In this document: piece by piece, positions 1-17,316 of the stretch
How the letters are laid out: the number at the start of each line of letters is the position of its first letter
How positions within the stretch are numbered: position 1 is the stretch's first letter
Position numbers and translations under genes: made by a program
The notes under the pieces: generated by a model
Told to the model about the DNA's origin: nothing
The model's database searches: none
The model's input: the letters and a program-made list of their open reading frames with translations, nothing else
Assembly: GCF_009914755.1 (NCBI RefSeq)
Contig: NC_060929.1
Strand: one strand, 5' to 3'
Origin: the human T2T-CHM13v2.0 reference genome, Homo sapiens
Length of the DNA stretch: 64,000 bases

Positions 1-352
1 TTATTGCTTTTCTTTACAGTTTACCACTTGGATGTGCATCCATATGTACCATATACAACCATAGAGTTTAGTGTTGTGTGTCTGGAAACTTTACAGAATG
101 AGGTCATACTTTATATATTCTTTTGTCTTGTTTCTTTCACTTGTTATCTATGATGTTGAATGTAGATGCAGTCTGTTCATTTTCATTGCTATGTAGTATT
201 CCATTAAATAAACGACAACTTATTTATCCATTCTACTATGTTGGACATCTGGGTTGCTTACAGTTTGCATTACAGATAATGTTCCTGTGAATATAGTTAT
301 GCTATCCCTTGGTGCATATAGGCTTGCATTTCTGTTGGACATAGTCCTAGTC
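1..352 (-). mobile_element. Ancient L1 (L1M/L1ME-type) 3' fragment
   Basis: Degenerate antisense L1 3' motifs (gtagtattccatt, tttatccattctact, ggacatctgggttg); boundaries approximate. Confidence 0.6.
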
Positions 353-2645
353 AGTAAAAAGGAATATGACAGAAGTCAATGAAACTGTCTTTTTCTGAAT
401 GAAAATTTAGTGAGCCAGTAATCTAATGAGGAAAACAGCTGTTCTTTTTGTTATTCTAATGGTAGGTGCTGTCTGGATATAAAGATGACCATTTCATTTG
501 CTTAATATGAATGTCTACAAGTATGTTTCACCAAGAAAATAAAATACATTTTAGTTTTAAACCATATCTGGTATTATTTCTAGAATTCTAAAATTAACAG
601 GATAAAAAGTCCTTAGAGGGCAAGGATTCTTTCATTTTTTAAATGTACTTCACAGTGACCATAGCAATGCTATTAAGATGCTGAATCCCAACCAAATATG
701 CATTCTCTTGACAAATATACTTTGGAGTAAAATTATTTGTACAAATGCATATAACTTTTCAGATGTCCAGAACTTTAATTTTTCCTTTATTCTAAAAAGG
801 GGGAAAAGATGGATTCCTTTAACTTAAAACTGTTTCTGTTTTGAAAGCCTCTATCCTGAAAGATAGAAAATAATAGTTTTGATGAATCCATGTAATATTC
901 TGTGTTCTTCACAATTTTTCTTACAACATTATTCCTCTATACATGTTCTTAGTATAGATAATATTAATGTATTTCTGAGGCCATTAATAATTATAATTTG
1001 GGCCTTTTGTTTGCCTTTTGAACCTGGAAGACAAAATAGATAGTATATTAAGATGCAAATGTATATTTTCTAATGGACTTGTGCTTCAAAGCATATGTAT
1101 TTTAGGGCTTGGCCTGATTTTGCCAGCTAAGGCCAGATCATTGTAAATTGATTTCAATATCTTTCTGCTTTTATAAGCTTTGTTCTAAAGCTTCACAGGA
1201 AGAATCAAAATAATGTTTGTCACACTGTTCTAGCTTAGCTGAAATCTTGTTCCTGTTTACACTAAATGACCATTGGCCTAATGCAGTTAACATGAGTACT
1301 TTACAACTCATCCAAGAACTATTTCAAGTGTTGAGGAAAAGGCACTTTAATTGAAAAATTACTTATGCAGGATCAGACTGAGCGAGAATGCTGTTTTTTG
1401 TACATTCAGCATATTACACATACCACGCTCCATTTTGCTCCTTTGTTATAACAAATGAATTCTTTTTTGCAATGAAAGGATTCTTATGGTTTATCTTCCT
1501 TGGGGATTGTAACTTTCAAAAGGTGCTCTTAAATATATTACTACTTTATTTAAACTATTCACTTCCCAGATGTGCAGTGCTTTGCACAAAGAATAATTCA
1601 CTAATGCCTTGAGCACACAAAAGGAAAATGCTCTGCTGGGTTTCCCTTTTTATTTTACTTTCCAGTGGTAGGTTTATGACTTGATGCCCAGCTTCTTAAT
1701 AAATTCACCTCTCACAGGACACAGTTCTCTTTAATATGTTTTCCATGCTTATAGAAAGAAACACTGTATTAGCAAACACCAGTAGAAATTTCATTTTCAC
1801 CACGTTGCTTTCTCTGGGTATATATAGAGAAACCCCTTAAAGGGCTTCTCCAGGACAACTGAAAGTTATCTTTTTCATTGATCTCTTCTGTGGCTTTAAA
1901 ATATTTTCTTGACAACATATTGTTTTTATTAATCTAAATTAAGCATTTTAGATTCTTTTATGAATTTAAAAGATATTAAAACCAAAGAATTGGAAAAATA
2001 TCTAAGAAAAGTTACTAATTTCCATGGTGGGGTATAGAGTTGGTGTGTGTAGGAAGTTATACAGGCAGAGGAGCATTGGAAGAAAAGTGGTGTTTAAGGA
2101 AGATTACTGTAAACTGGCAGCAGGCAAGAGTCCAGGACGTTTACCCTTCCACCAAGTTTTCCCAGCCTGCTCTAGCCATGCTATTATTTTACAAGCTCCT
2201 ATACATATTATATAATATATAAGCAAGAATGGATGGATGGGTCAAAATAAAATGCTTCTATCAGCAAGTTCCCTTGATAAGACAGCAATGGTCAAAATTC
2301 ACATGAAATAAAAAGATCTTGGATATGGTTTCTTCCCGGGACTTAGAACTTTAATATGTTAATGTACGTCTTGAGGTTCCAAAAAGGGCCTTATATTTCA
2401 AGGAATGCTGGTGTTTCAAGCAACAGAGTTTGGGAAACAACAAGGTAAATGATAATCTAATGCATTTAGGTAAGAGGTAAGTGAAAGTTAGAATATATGC
2501 TTGAGCAACATGTAACCATAATGGCTGTGGAGTCCCAGCTTTGAATATCTTGGAAGAATAGACAATTATCAATGTTCCTCCCTCTCAAATGATCCTTCTC
2601 AACACAGGTTGTGCTTGATGAATCTTTAAGAACAGAATCTTAGCA

Positions 2646-3055
2646 GGATTTTGTCAAATGCCTTTTCTTCATCTGTTGAGATAATCATGTTTTTCTCTTT
2701 TAGTGTATTAGCATGATGAATTCCATTGATTGATTTTCTAATGTTAAACCAATCCTACATTTTTCAGATGAACCCCACTTGGTTATGACGTACTATCCTT
2801 TTATCCCTTTAATATATTGTATTTGATACTCTAAAATTTTGTTTAGAATTTTTACATCTATGTTCATAAGGGATACTGGTTTGTAGTTTCCTTTGCTGTA
2901 ATATCTTTGTATTTTCTGCTCTATTTTTGGAAATGTTTGAGTAAAATTGTTATTTATTCATTAAATGTTTGGGAGAATTTACCCTGAAGCCATCTGTGCT
3001 TGGAGTTTTCTTTTTGGGAAGATTATAAACTGTGATGTCCATTTCTTTAACAGAT
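2646..3055 (-). mobile_element. Ancient L1M ORF2 fragment
   Basis: Resembles the antisense ORF2 text of the younger L1 at about 13480-13950 (ttgtcaaatgccttttct...ttgagataatcatg...). Confidence 0.65.
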
Positions 3056-3388
3056 ACACAGTTCATACCAATACCCTCAATTCCAGTCCAACACCACAAA
3101 GTCTATTCTAGTTTTCATCCTTTCCATACCTGTAACTCCCTACCCTGACAATGAGAAACCCCTCTCCCATCATCTTTCACGTACTTCCTTATTTGGTTAA
3201 TGTCTCTATATATAACCCATCTTCTTTTGCCGCTGCTGCCTCTCCAATACAAGTGCCCTCTTCACCTCCCTTGGGGTCTGAAACTCTGCCAAGGGCAGCA
3301 AGTGCTACTTCCCCTTCTACCCCTCAATGCATGCCCTCCTTACACTACCCAGGCTGATACCATATGCCAGACTGCCCCCATTGCATGG

Positions 3389-6117
3389 TGATATGGCTTG
3401 GCTCTGTGTCCCCACCAAAATATCATGTTGAATTGTAATTCCCAATGTTGGGGGAGAGAACTGGTTGGAGGGGATTGGATCATGGGGACAGATTTCCCCC
3501 TTTCTGTTCTCATGATAGTGAGTTCTCACAAGATCTAATGGTTTAAAAGTATGTGGCACTTCCCCCTTCATTCTATCTCTCTCCTGCCACCATGTGAAGA
3601 TATGCTTGCTTTCCTTTCATCCTTCTGCCATGATTGGCAGGAGGACTTCCTGAGGCCTCCCTAGCCATGTCTCCTGTACAGACTGTGGAACTGTGAGTCA
3701 ATGAAACCTCTTTTCTTTAGAAATTACCTATTCTCAGGTAGTTCTTTATAGCAGTGTGAGAATGGGCTAATGCAGAAAATTGTTACCAGGGAATTGGGGT
3801 CTTGCTATAAAGATACCTGAATATGTGGAAACAACTTTGGAACTGGAGAATGGGCAGAGGATAGAACAGTTTAGAGGGATCAGAAGAAGACAGGAAGATG
3901 AGGGAAAGTTTGGAATGTCCAGGAGAGTTGTTGAGTGATTGTAACTAAAATGCTGATAGTGTTATGGACAGTGAATTCCAGGCTGAGGTACTCTCAGACA
4001 GAGATGAGGAACTTATTGGGAACTGGAGTAAAGGTCACTCATGCTATGCTTTAGCAAAGAGACTAGTGGCATTGTGCCCCTGCTCTAGAGATCTGTGAAA
4101 CTTTGAACTTGGAAAGATTATTTAGGGTATCTGGTAGAAGAAATTTCTAAGCAGCAAAGCATTCAAGATGTGGCCTGGCTACTTCTAAAAGCTTGTGCTC
4201 ATTTGCATAAACAAACAAATGACCTGAAACTCAAACTTATATTAAAAGGGGAAGCAGAGCATAAAAGTTTGGAAAATTTGCAGCCTGACCATGAGGTAGA
4301 AAAGAAAAATCCATTTTCTGGGGAGGAATTCAAGGCTGCAGAAATTTGCATAAGTAAAGAAGAGCTGAATGTTAATAGCCAAGACAATGGGGAAAATGCT
4401 TCCAGGGCATTTCAGAGACCTTCACAGCAGCCCTTCCCATCACAGGCCTGGAGGCTTAGGATGGAAAAATAGTTTCATGGGCCAGGTTGAAGGTCCCGTG
4501 CAGCCTTAAGACATGATGCCCTGCATCCCAGATGCTTCAGCTCTAGCTTTGGCTAAAAGAAGTCAAGGTACAGCTCGGGCCATTGCTTCAGAGGGTGCAA
4601 GCCCAAGCCTTGGTGACTTCATGAGCCTGGGCCTGTGGGTGTGCAGAAGACAAGAGTTGAGGTTTGGGAGCCTCTGCCTAGATTTCAAGGGATGTATGGA
4701 AATGCCTGGATGCCCAGGCAGAAGTCTTGATATGGTTTGGCTCTGTGTCCCCACAAATCTCATCTCAAATTGTAATCCCCATGTGTTGAGGGAGGGAGGT
4801 GATTGCATTATGGAGGCAGTTTCCCTCATGCTATTCTCATGATAGTGAGGGATTCTCATGAGATCTGATGGTTTAAAAAGTGTGGCACGTCCTCACTTGG
4901 CACTTCTCTCTCCTGCTGCCATGTGAAGAAGGTCCTTGCTTCTCCACCTTCTATCATGATTGTAAGTTTCCTGAGCCCTCCCAGCCATATGGAACTGTGA
5001 GTCAATTCAACCTCTTTCCCTTATAAATTACCCAGTCTTGGATATTTCTTTATAGCAGTGTGAAAAATTGACTAATACAAGCCTGCTGGTATTACTCAAT
5101 ACAAGCAGCAGGGGTGGAGCCTTCATGGAGACCCTCTACTAGGGCAGTGCAGAGGGGTAAATGTGGCATTGGAGCCCTCACATAGAGTCCCCACTGGGAC
5201 ACTGCTTAGTGGAGCTGTGAGAAGGGGCCACCATCCTCCAGACCCCAGAATCAGATCCATCAGCAACTTGCACCATGCACCTGGAAAAGCCACAGGCATT
5301 CAATGCTGGTCAGTGAAAGCAGCCACAGGGACTGTACCCTGCAGATCCACAGGGGCAGAGCTACTCAACGCCTTGGGAGCCCACCCCTTGCATCAATGTA
5401 GCCTGGATGTGAGACATGGAGTCAAAGGAAATCATTTTGGAGCTTTAAGATTTAGTGACTGCCCTGCTGGATTTCAGACTTGCATGGGGCCTGTAGCCCC
5501 TTTGTTTTGGCCAATTTCTCCCTTTTGGAATGGGAGCATTTACCCAATGCTTGTCTCCCCAGGAATTAACTAACTTGCTTTTGATTTTATAGGCCGATAG
5601 GCAGAAGGAAGTTTCCTTCTCTCAGATGAAACTTTGGACTTGGACTTTTGAGTTAATGCTGGAATGAATTAAAACTTTGAGGGACTATTGGGTAGCCATG
5701 ATTGTGTTTGGAAATGTGAGAAGGACATGAGATTTGGGAGAGGCCAGGGCAGAATGATATAGTTTGTCTCTGTGTCCCTACCCAAATCTCATGTTGAATT
5801 GTAATTCCCAGTGTTGGGGGAGGGATCTGGTGGGAGAGGATTGGATCATGGGGGCAGATTTCCCCCTTGCTGTTCTTATGATAGTGAATTCTCACAATAT
5901 CTGATGGTTTAAAAGTGAGTGGCACTTCCCCCTTTGCTCTCTCTCTCCTGCTGCCATGTGAAAATGTGCTTGCTTTCTTTTTACCCTTCCACCATGATTG
6001 TAAGTTTCCTGAGGAAACTTGTACAGCCTGTGGAACTGAGTCAATGAAACCTCTTTTCTTTATAAATTACCCAGTCTCAGGTAGTCCTTTATAGCAGTGT
6101 GAGAATAGACTAATACA
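3389..6117 (+). mobile_element. Complete ERVL-MaLR provirus (MSTA/THE1D-like): 5' LTR 3389-3774, internal region, 3' LTR 5755-6117
   Basis: Two homologous TG...CA LTRs, THE1/MST-int sequence between them, perfect 5-bp TSD CATGG (3384-3388 and 6118-6122). Confidence 0.93.
4728..5079 (+). mobile_element. THE1 (C/D-like) solo LTR nested in the MaLR internal region
   Basis: tgatatggtttggctctgtgtcccc...ctaataca termini; TSD AGTCT/AGCCT; internal sequence resumes afterwards. Confidence 0.9.
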
Positions 6118-6309
6118 CATGGACACCCTCCTCACTTTCTCCTCTCTTCCTGCCAACTGAGTCTGTGTTGTTCAATTTAAACTGTTTTATTCAATGTATC
6201 TGTACATAACTGGCAAATAATAAATATGTAATCAATGACTTAAAAACTACATTTTTAATGGACATGTTCTATATTGGACTTTGAAGAAGATATTATTGAA
6301 CTACCTGAG

Positions 6310-6770
6310 TGTATACTCGAGCTCTGCTGTTGCCTAACTGTGCAGCCATGGAGAAATTAAATCAACTTTTTAATATTTCTATGTCCTCATCTGTTAAGTG
6401 GGATGATAATATAAATAATTATAAGATAATATTAATGAAGATAGATTACACGTGATGCCTACTATGCACCAGGTGCCATACTAAGGACTTGACATATATT
6501 AGGTCATATAATCTCCAAAATGGTTTTTTGGAGGACATGCTATTATATTCATATTACAGAAGAGACAGTTGTCGTTTGATGTAGTGCCAGTATCTCATTT
6601 TTCAGATGAGGAAACAAAGCACAAAGAAATAATTTATTCAAGATCACATAACTAATAACTGGCATGGCTGTAATCCAGACACTATGCCTCCAGAAAACAA
6701 TTCTGACACATATGAAAATTCCTAGTACAGTGCTTGCTACACAGTGGGTGCTAGTAAGTAATAATTATGT
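6310..6770. mobile_element. MIR fragments in both orientations (possibly with an L2 end)
   Basis: MIR core motifs ctcatctgttaagtggg (+) and cattttt-cagatgaggaaac (-). Confidence 0.55.
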
Positions 6771-7399
6771 TAATGGATAAAGTGATTAATTATAATATGT
6801 CTGAATCACTATTATCAGGTCTATGACACAGGAAGAATCATGGCACTGTCCAATTGGAGTGGGGAGGATGATCCATTTTTAGCCTGAACACAATTGGCAA
6901 TAATTTTATTAACTCGTTGGAGGTTAAAGTTCTCTCTATTTATTGCAGGTTGGTAAAGGAGGCATTATTACATAGAAAGAAGACACAGACTCAGAAATAG
7001 GTTATGTACTTCAATCTAAAAGGAAAAGATGGGAAAAAATTCTAGTTGATAGAAGATAAGAAAAAGAACTAATGGCACCCTAGAGATATTATAATAAACG
7101 AAAGACATCAAAGCTGGACGAAGTAGCCCAGTGGCTTCAAGGAGAACAATAGAAGCTTGAAAAACATCTATCAATCCAGATCAGCATTTAATAAGAGCCA
7201 AAAGCCCACAGATCCATTAATTTAATGAACCTGTGAACCTGGAACATTATAGGTGCTCAATATATGTTTGTTGAATTGATCTGACAATCCTTTAAAAAGC
7301 TTAAGTCAAATTTCTAGTTAAAGGCACACGTATAATAAAAGGGAGAACAGGAAAGAAGAAAACAGCCTCAAAATTTTGGACTTAGTGTACTGGAGAAAG

Positions 7400-8950
7400 C
7401 AGATTTTTAAACTGTTAGTGAGGAAAGCGGAGCAGAAACTCAATTTACATTATAAAATCCCCCAAGACCCAGGTATTTCTGGAAAGTGAGGGTGAAGATG
7501 AGGTTAAGGCTTCAATGACAGTGTGTTAATGAAGCAATTATTCTTTTATCCTTTTCCCACTTTGTACAGCAACTGCCCCTGACCCTCTCAGCTCCTAGAC
7601 AGCTGGCTGTCAAACCAAAATGCTGCTGGCAGAAAAATAGAAATCTTATTGCAGGGACAGAAAAGAACTCAGACCCTGACATCAGGAACTCCTCAAGGAA
7701 TAACATGTTGACCTTGGGCATCCCCCAAGGGATGGGCCCAGCTAAATTGCCCTACAGTGAAGACTATAGCCAACAAGCTATATGCACATGCACAGAGTTT
7801 CTAATCAGCTTTCTGGTGGACAACTTTTGGTTTCAGCAAAACAGCCAGAGAATACCAGAAGGGCAAGGAAAGCCTCTTGATATGACTGACACCAAACATA
7901 CTTGGAAGAAATGGAGGCACATCCGGGAGATGTGCACCATCAAGTTCAGAAACATAAGAGAAGTTGTTACCTTCATTAAAAAAGATCAGAGTGCTATGTT
8001 TAAAAAAAAAAAAAATCACAGAACCAAAAAAAAAAAAAAAAAAAGCTTTTGGAAGTTAAAATTGCAGTAGCAAATATAAAGGGAGTTTAGATAAAATAGG
8101 AGATACATATTGAAGGCAGAATTTAGTAAATATTGCAGAAGGTAAAATTATAAAAACACAAATATATGGAAAGTAGGAGAGAAAAAATAAGAAAATGGGA
8201 AGACCAATCCAGAAGATTTGATACCTAAATAATAGGAGCTCTAGAAAGAGGAAACAGAGAAAATAAAGGCAAGGAAAGTATACAGAGTAATTTAAGAGGA
8301 TTCCTCAGAGCTGAAAGCCATGTTTACCCAGCACAATGGTCTAAAATAGATCCACATCATTTCATATCATCATGATGTTTCAGAGCATCATGGATGGAAA
8401 GGAAATCCCACAATCTCCAGAGATATGGGGAAAAAAGTTTCATAACAGGATCAAGAATCAGAATAGCACCATATTTCTCAAAACACAGCAGTAGAAGTGA
8501 TAGGACAATGAAAAAGTGCCTTCAAACTTGTGAAGGAAAATGATGTTTCCAATTTCAATTCCATGCCAATCCAAAAGTGTGAGGGCAGAATGAAGATCTC
8601 TAAAAGTCTATTTCCCTTGCACTCTTTCTCTAGAAGCTACAGGAGGATGTGCTCCACCAAAACAAGGATGTAAGGCAAGAAAGAGGAAGAACTGGGACCC
8701 AAGAAACAGAGACAAGGAGAGTCTCTAGGATGGAGAAAGGAGACCTCAAGGTGACAGCAGTACCTAGAGAACATGCCTGGGATGGAACAGGTCAGAAGTC
8801 TCCAGGAAGAATTTCTTCAGGAAGATGAAATTGATCAAACACATATTTTAAATATCTCAAGAGGAAATTTGCACACTTTGGGAAGGATTTCCATTAAATT
8901 ACCTACAAATTTATTTTAAAAAGTAAGCAAATCTACAAAAAGACCATGAT
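7400..8950 (+). mobile_element. HAL1 / ancient L1 ORF1-like relic
   Basis: Degenerate ORF1-like text (ggatcaagaatcagaat..., gaagctacaggaggatgtgctccaccaaaacaagg) matching recalled HAL1 consensus; probably resumes about 10400-11070. Confidence 0.6.
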
Positions 8951-8964
8951 TACATTCAGAGGAT

Positions 8965-9409
8965 TGTATCACCTTAATCTCTTAGAGGACTGAGAAAGTT
9001 TCAGGAGAGTTCCAATCTTTGTGAGGGCTAGTCTATTTCCAGTTCACTCTTTATTTCTAGGATTTAGCTTTTAATGATCTCAGTCTAAAACCTGGGGAAT
9101 ATCCTATGCTCTATCCTAGTGGACACTGAACTCCAATTTTGTCCTGTTGGCCTTTTGAGTCCATCAAAGCTTTGCTCAGTTATTCAGCCACCTCTTCTAA
9201 AATCAGCAGTAACTAAGGTGAATACAGCCTCAAATTTCCAGCGCACCTCTCTGCGTTTCTTACTTCTTCCTGATCATGATCTTTCTTCACTGTTTTGTTA
9301 TCTCTCTGATAATTTCAAGCAAATTTTAAAAATATTTTGTCTAGTTTTTCAACTTGTTCTCAGTGAAAGGGTTGGTTCTAATTACAAAGTTTGCCATTCA
9401 AGTGAACCC
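8965..9409 (-). mobile_element. Ancient L1M 5'-end fragment
   Basis: Ends with an old-L1 5'-terminus-like antisense motif (tattttgtctagtttttc...ttgttctcagtgaaagggttgg). Confidence 0.4.
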
Positions 9410-9422
9410 CCAAAACTTACTT

Positions 9423-10223
<801 letters not shown>

Positions 10224-10314
10224 CCAAAACATACTTTTCATCTACTAACTCTGTGTATCCCTATATGTAGGAATATATGTAGATGCAATAAAGTTATATA
10301 AAAAGGAAAGTAAG

Positions 10315-10381
10315 GGCCGGGTGCAGTGGCTCACACCTGTAATCCCAGCCTGAGCAAGAGTGATTAAAAAAAAAAAAAAAA
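10315..10381 (+). mobile_element. Internally collapsed mini-Alu with poly(A) and TSDs
   Basis: Alu 5' 35 nt joined at CCAGC to an Alu 3'-end remnant, poly(A), TSD aaaaggaaagtaag (10301-10314) / aaaaggtaagtaag (10382-10395). Confidence 0.85.
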
Positions 10382-11541
10382 AAAAGGTAAGTAAGGACAT
10401 GATAAAAACAAGATAGGCTGTGTGTGAGGAGAAGATGGTAGATGAAGGTTATTTCCAAGTCTCTAGGTTTCATCTGAGATGTCGGGTCAAGGGAGCTAAT
10501 TACATTATTTAAATATTTTAGTTAAATATTATAACTAAAAGAAGTTCATACATAAACCAATGATAAGTATATGTTATAAATTATAATTAATCCAAATCTG
10601 TGTATCTCAGTTTCAATAAAAAGAAAAAACTTATGCAGGAAAGGAAATATAGTATATTATGTGGCACAGGTGAGGATAGCATTTAAGTAATGTGAATGAA
10701 TACTGAATGGTGATCTAACTAAAATTGTCCATAGAGCCAAAATTTAAAATTAAAAGTGTGTATTTATGTGGATGAACAGGATGCAAAAGATAAGCAAATC
10801 TTCATCTTCTATACTGGGAAATCAGCAGATAATGGCTAAAATGGAAAAGTGAAGAAATCATATAATAATCATTATTTGAAGTAAAAACGTAAAGAAAGAG
10901 AATCTGCTACCAGGGTTCAAAATGGTTGCCTGGAGGTACAGTGGTGGAGTTGGGAGTGAGAAAATAAGTTGATATTTATTTATAACAAGATTGTTAAGGT
11001 TGTTTGACTCCCTAAACTGCTTATAAAATCGGTAAATTTAGTTAAAATAAAAATTAAAAATAATTTTTAAACGATATCAGAACTAACTAAAAATAAAAGA
11101 AATATGTAGTACAAAATAATGAAAACTCATATCTGAGTATACTTTGCCTAAAACTTATCCTATCAATTAATCTATTATTTCAACCAATTGGTTTTCAGCC
11201 AATTCCTTTACTCTTTTTCACATGGCAAAAGTATGCTATGCCTGCTTTCAATTAAAAAAAAAAGCTGAAGAAAGTATGTGCGGTTCATCTGCATGGATTT
11301 TTTAATTTTTTTTATTTGAATTTAATTTAATTTAATTTTAGGTTCCAGGATGCATGTGCAGGACATGCAGGTTTGTTACATAGATAAACATGTGCCATGG
11401 TGATTTGTTGCACTTATCAACCCATTAGTTAAGTATTAAGCCCTGCATGCATTAACTATTTATCCTGATGCTCTCCACCCCCACCACCAACAGGCCCCAG
11501 TGTGTGTTGTTCCCCTCCTTGCGTCCATGTGTTCTCCTTGT

Positions 11542-15287
<3,746 letters not shown>

Positions 15288-15332
15288 CATGATTCTAGCT
15301 GGTTATTTTGCAGACTTGTTAATGTAGTTCCT

Positions 15333-16383
15333 TTATAGTGCTATTGGTCTTTGCACTTCAGTGTATTTTTGTGGTGGCTGGTAATGTTTTTTCCTTTCCA
15401 TATTTAGTGCTTCCTTCAGGAGCTCTTGCAGGGCAGGCCTGGTGGTGATAAATTCCCTCAGCATTTGGCTGTCTGAAAAGGATTTTATTTCTCCTTCACT
15501 TATGAAACTTAGTTTGGCCAGATATGAAATTCTGGGTTGGAAATTCTTTTCTTTAAGAATGTTGAATGTTGACCCCCAATCTCTTCTGGCTTGTAGGGTT
15601 TCTGCTGAGAGGTCCACTGTTAGTCTGATGGGCTTCCCTTTATAGGTTGCCCGGTCTTTCTCTCTGGCTGCCCTTAGCTTTTTTTTCTTCATTTTAACCT
15701 TGGAAAATCTGATGATTATGTGTCTTGGGATTGATCTTCCCATGGAGTATCTTAATGGGGTTCTCTGGATTTTGTAAATTTGAATGTTAACCTGTCTTGC
15801 TAGGTTGGGGAAGTTCTCCTGAATGATATCCTGAAGTATGTTTTCCAACTTGGTTTCGTTCTCCCTGTCTCTTTCAGGTACCCCAATCAGTCGTAGTTTC
15901 AGTCTTTTTACATAATCCCATAGTTCTCGGAAGTTTTGTTCATTCCTTTTCATTGTTTTTTCTCTAATCTTGTCTGCTGTCTTATTTCAGTAAGATAGTC
16001 TTCAAGCTCTGAAATTCTTTCCTCTGCCTGTTCTATTTGGCTACTGATACTTGCAGTTGCATTGTGAAGTTCTTGTGTCGGGTTTTTCAGCTCCATCAGG
16101 TCATTTATATTCCACTCTAAACTGGTTATGCTGGTTAACAGCTTCTGTAATGTTTTATCATGGTTCTCAGCTTCTCTGCATTGGGTTAGGATATGCCCCT
16201 TTAGCTTAACAAAGTTCATTATTACACGTCTTCTGAAGCCTACTTCTGTCAATTCATCCATTTCAGCCTCCTCCTAGTTCTGTGCCCTTGCTAGAGAGGT
16301 ATTGCAATCACTTGGAGAAGAATAGGCACTCTGGCCTTTTGAGTTTTCAGCATTTTTTGTTGTTGTTGTTGATTCTTTCTCAT
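15333..16383 (-). pseudogene. Disrupted L1 ORF1p
   Basis: ORF pieces 15950-16261 and 15333-15953 translate to ORF1p (ELWDYVKR, IIQENFPNLAR, YKGKPIRLT); interrupted by stop/frameshift. Confidence 0.9.
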
Positions 16384-17135
16384 CTTTCTGAGTTTATCTA
16401 GCTTTGATCTTTGAGGCTCCTGACCTTTGAGTGGGGTTCTTGTGGGGACTTTTTTGTTGATGCTCTTGTTGCTTTCTGTTTGTTTTTCTTTTAACAGTCA
16501 GAATGCTCTTCTGTAGGGCTGCTTCAGTTTGCTGGGAGTCTACTCCAGACCCTGTTTGCCTGGGTCCCTCCCACACCTGGAGGTGTCACCAGTGGAGGCT
16601 ACAGAACAGCAAAGAAGACTGCCTGCTCCTTCCTCTGGGAGCTCTGTCCCAGAGGGGCACCACCCTGATGCCAGTGGGAATGCCCCTGTATAGGGCGTCT
16701 GGCATATCCTGTTGTGGGGGTCTCACCCAGTCAGGAGACATGGGATCAGAGACCCGCTTAACAAAGCACTCTAGCTGCTCCTCAGTGGAGAGGGTGTGCT
16801 GTGCTGGGGAAATCCCACTCATCCAGACTGCCCTGACTCCTCAGAGACACCAGGCGGAAAGACTAAGTCTGCTGATCCGCAGAGACCATGGCTGCCCTTC
16901 CCCTACGAGGCTCTGTCCCAGGGAGATGTGAGTTCTGACTATAAACCCCTGGCCTGAGTAGCTAAAATTCCCACAAGGAGGCCCCACTGGTTGAGGAGGG
17001 ATGGGTAAGGGTCTGGCCTAAAGAGTCAGTCTGGCCATGATCTGCCACAGCCACTGTGCTGTGCTGTGGGGAATTCCTCCTGGGTCCAAACCACCCAATC
17101 TCCCCAGCATCCACAGGGGAAAACCAGCAGACTGG

Positions 17136-17316
17136 AGCTGCAGTGGTGGCTGCTGCCCCTCCCACTGGGAGCTCAGTCATCTTAGGCAGCAGGAAGCCAC
17201 AGTGATAATGGCCACCCTTCCCCCTGGGAGCTCAGTTGGTCTTAGGCAGCAAGCAGCTGCAGTGATGACAGCCGCCCAAGCCCCTGGGAACTTGGTAGTC
17301 TTAGTCAGCCTCCAGC
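17136..17316. repeat. Three ~60-bp tandem units within the L1 5'UTR
   Basis: agc(t/c)(g/a)cagtg at 17136/17195/17255 and cttag(g/t)cagc at 17181/17241/17300. Confidence 0.8.

Noticed and set aside
4170-5573. 100-136-aa ORFs, with similar ones at 22786-23592
   Set aside because: Remnant frames of non-autonomous MaLR internal sequence
466-7000. Plus-strand exon-like segments near 466-520 and 6949-7000
   Set aside because: Stops in most frames, mediocre splice sites and no supporting chain
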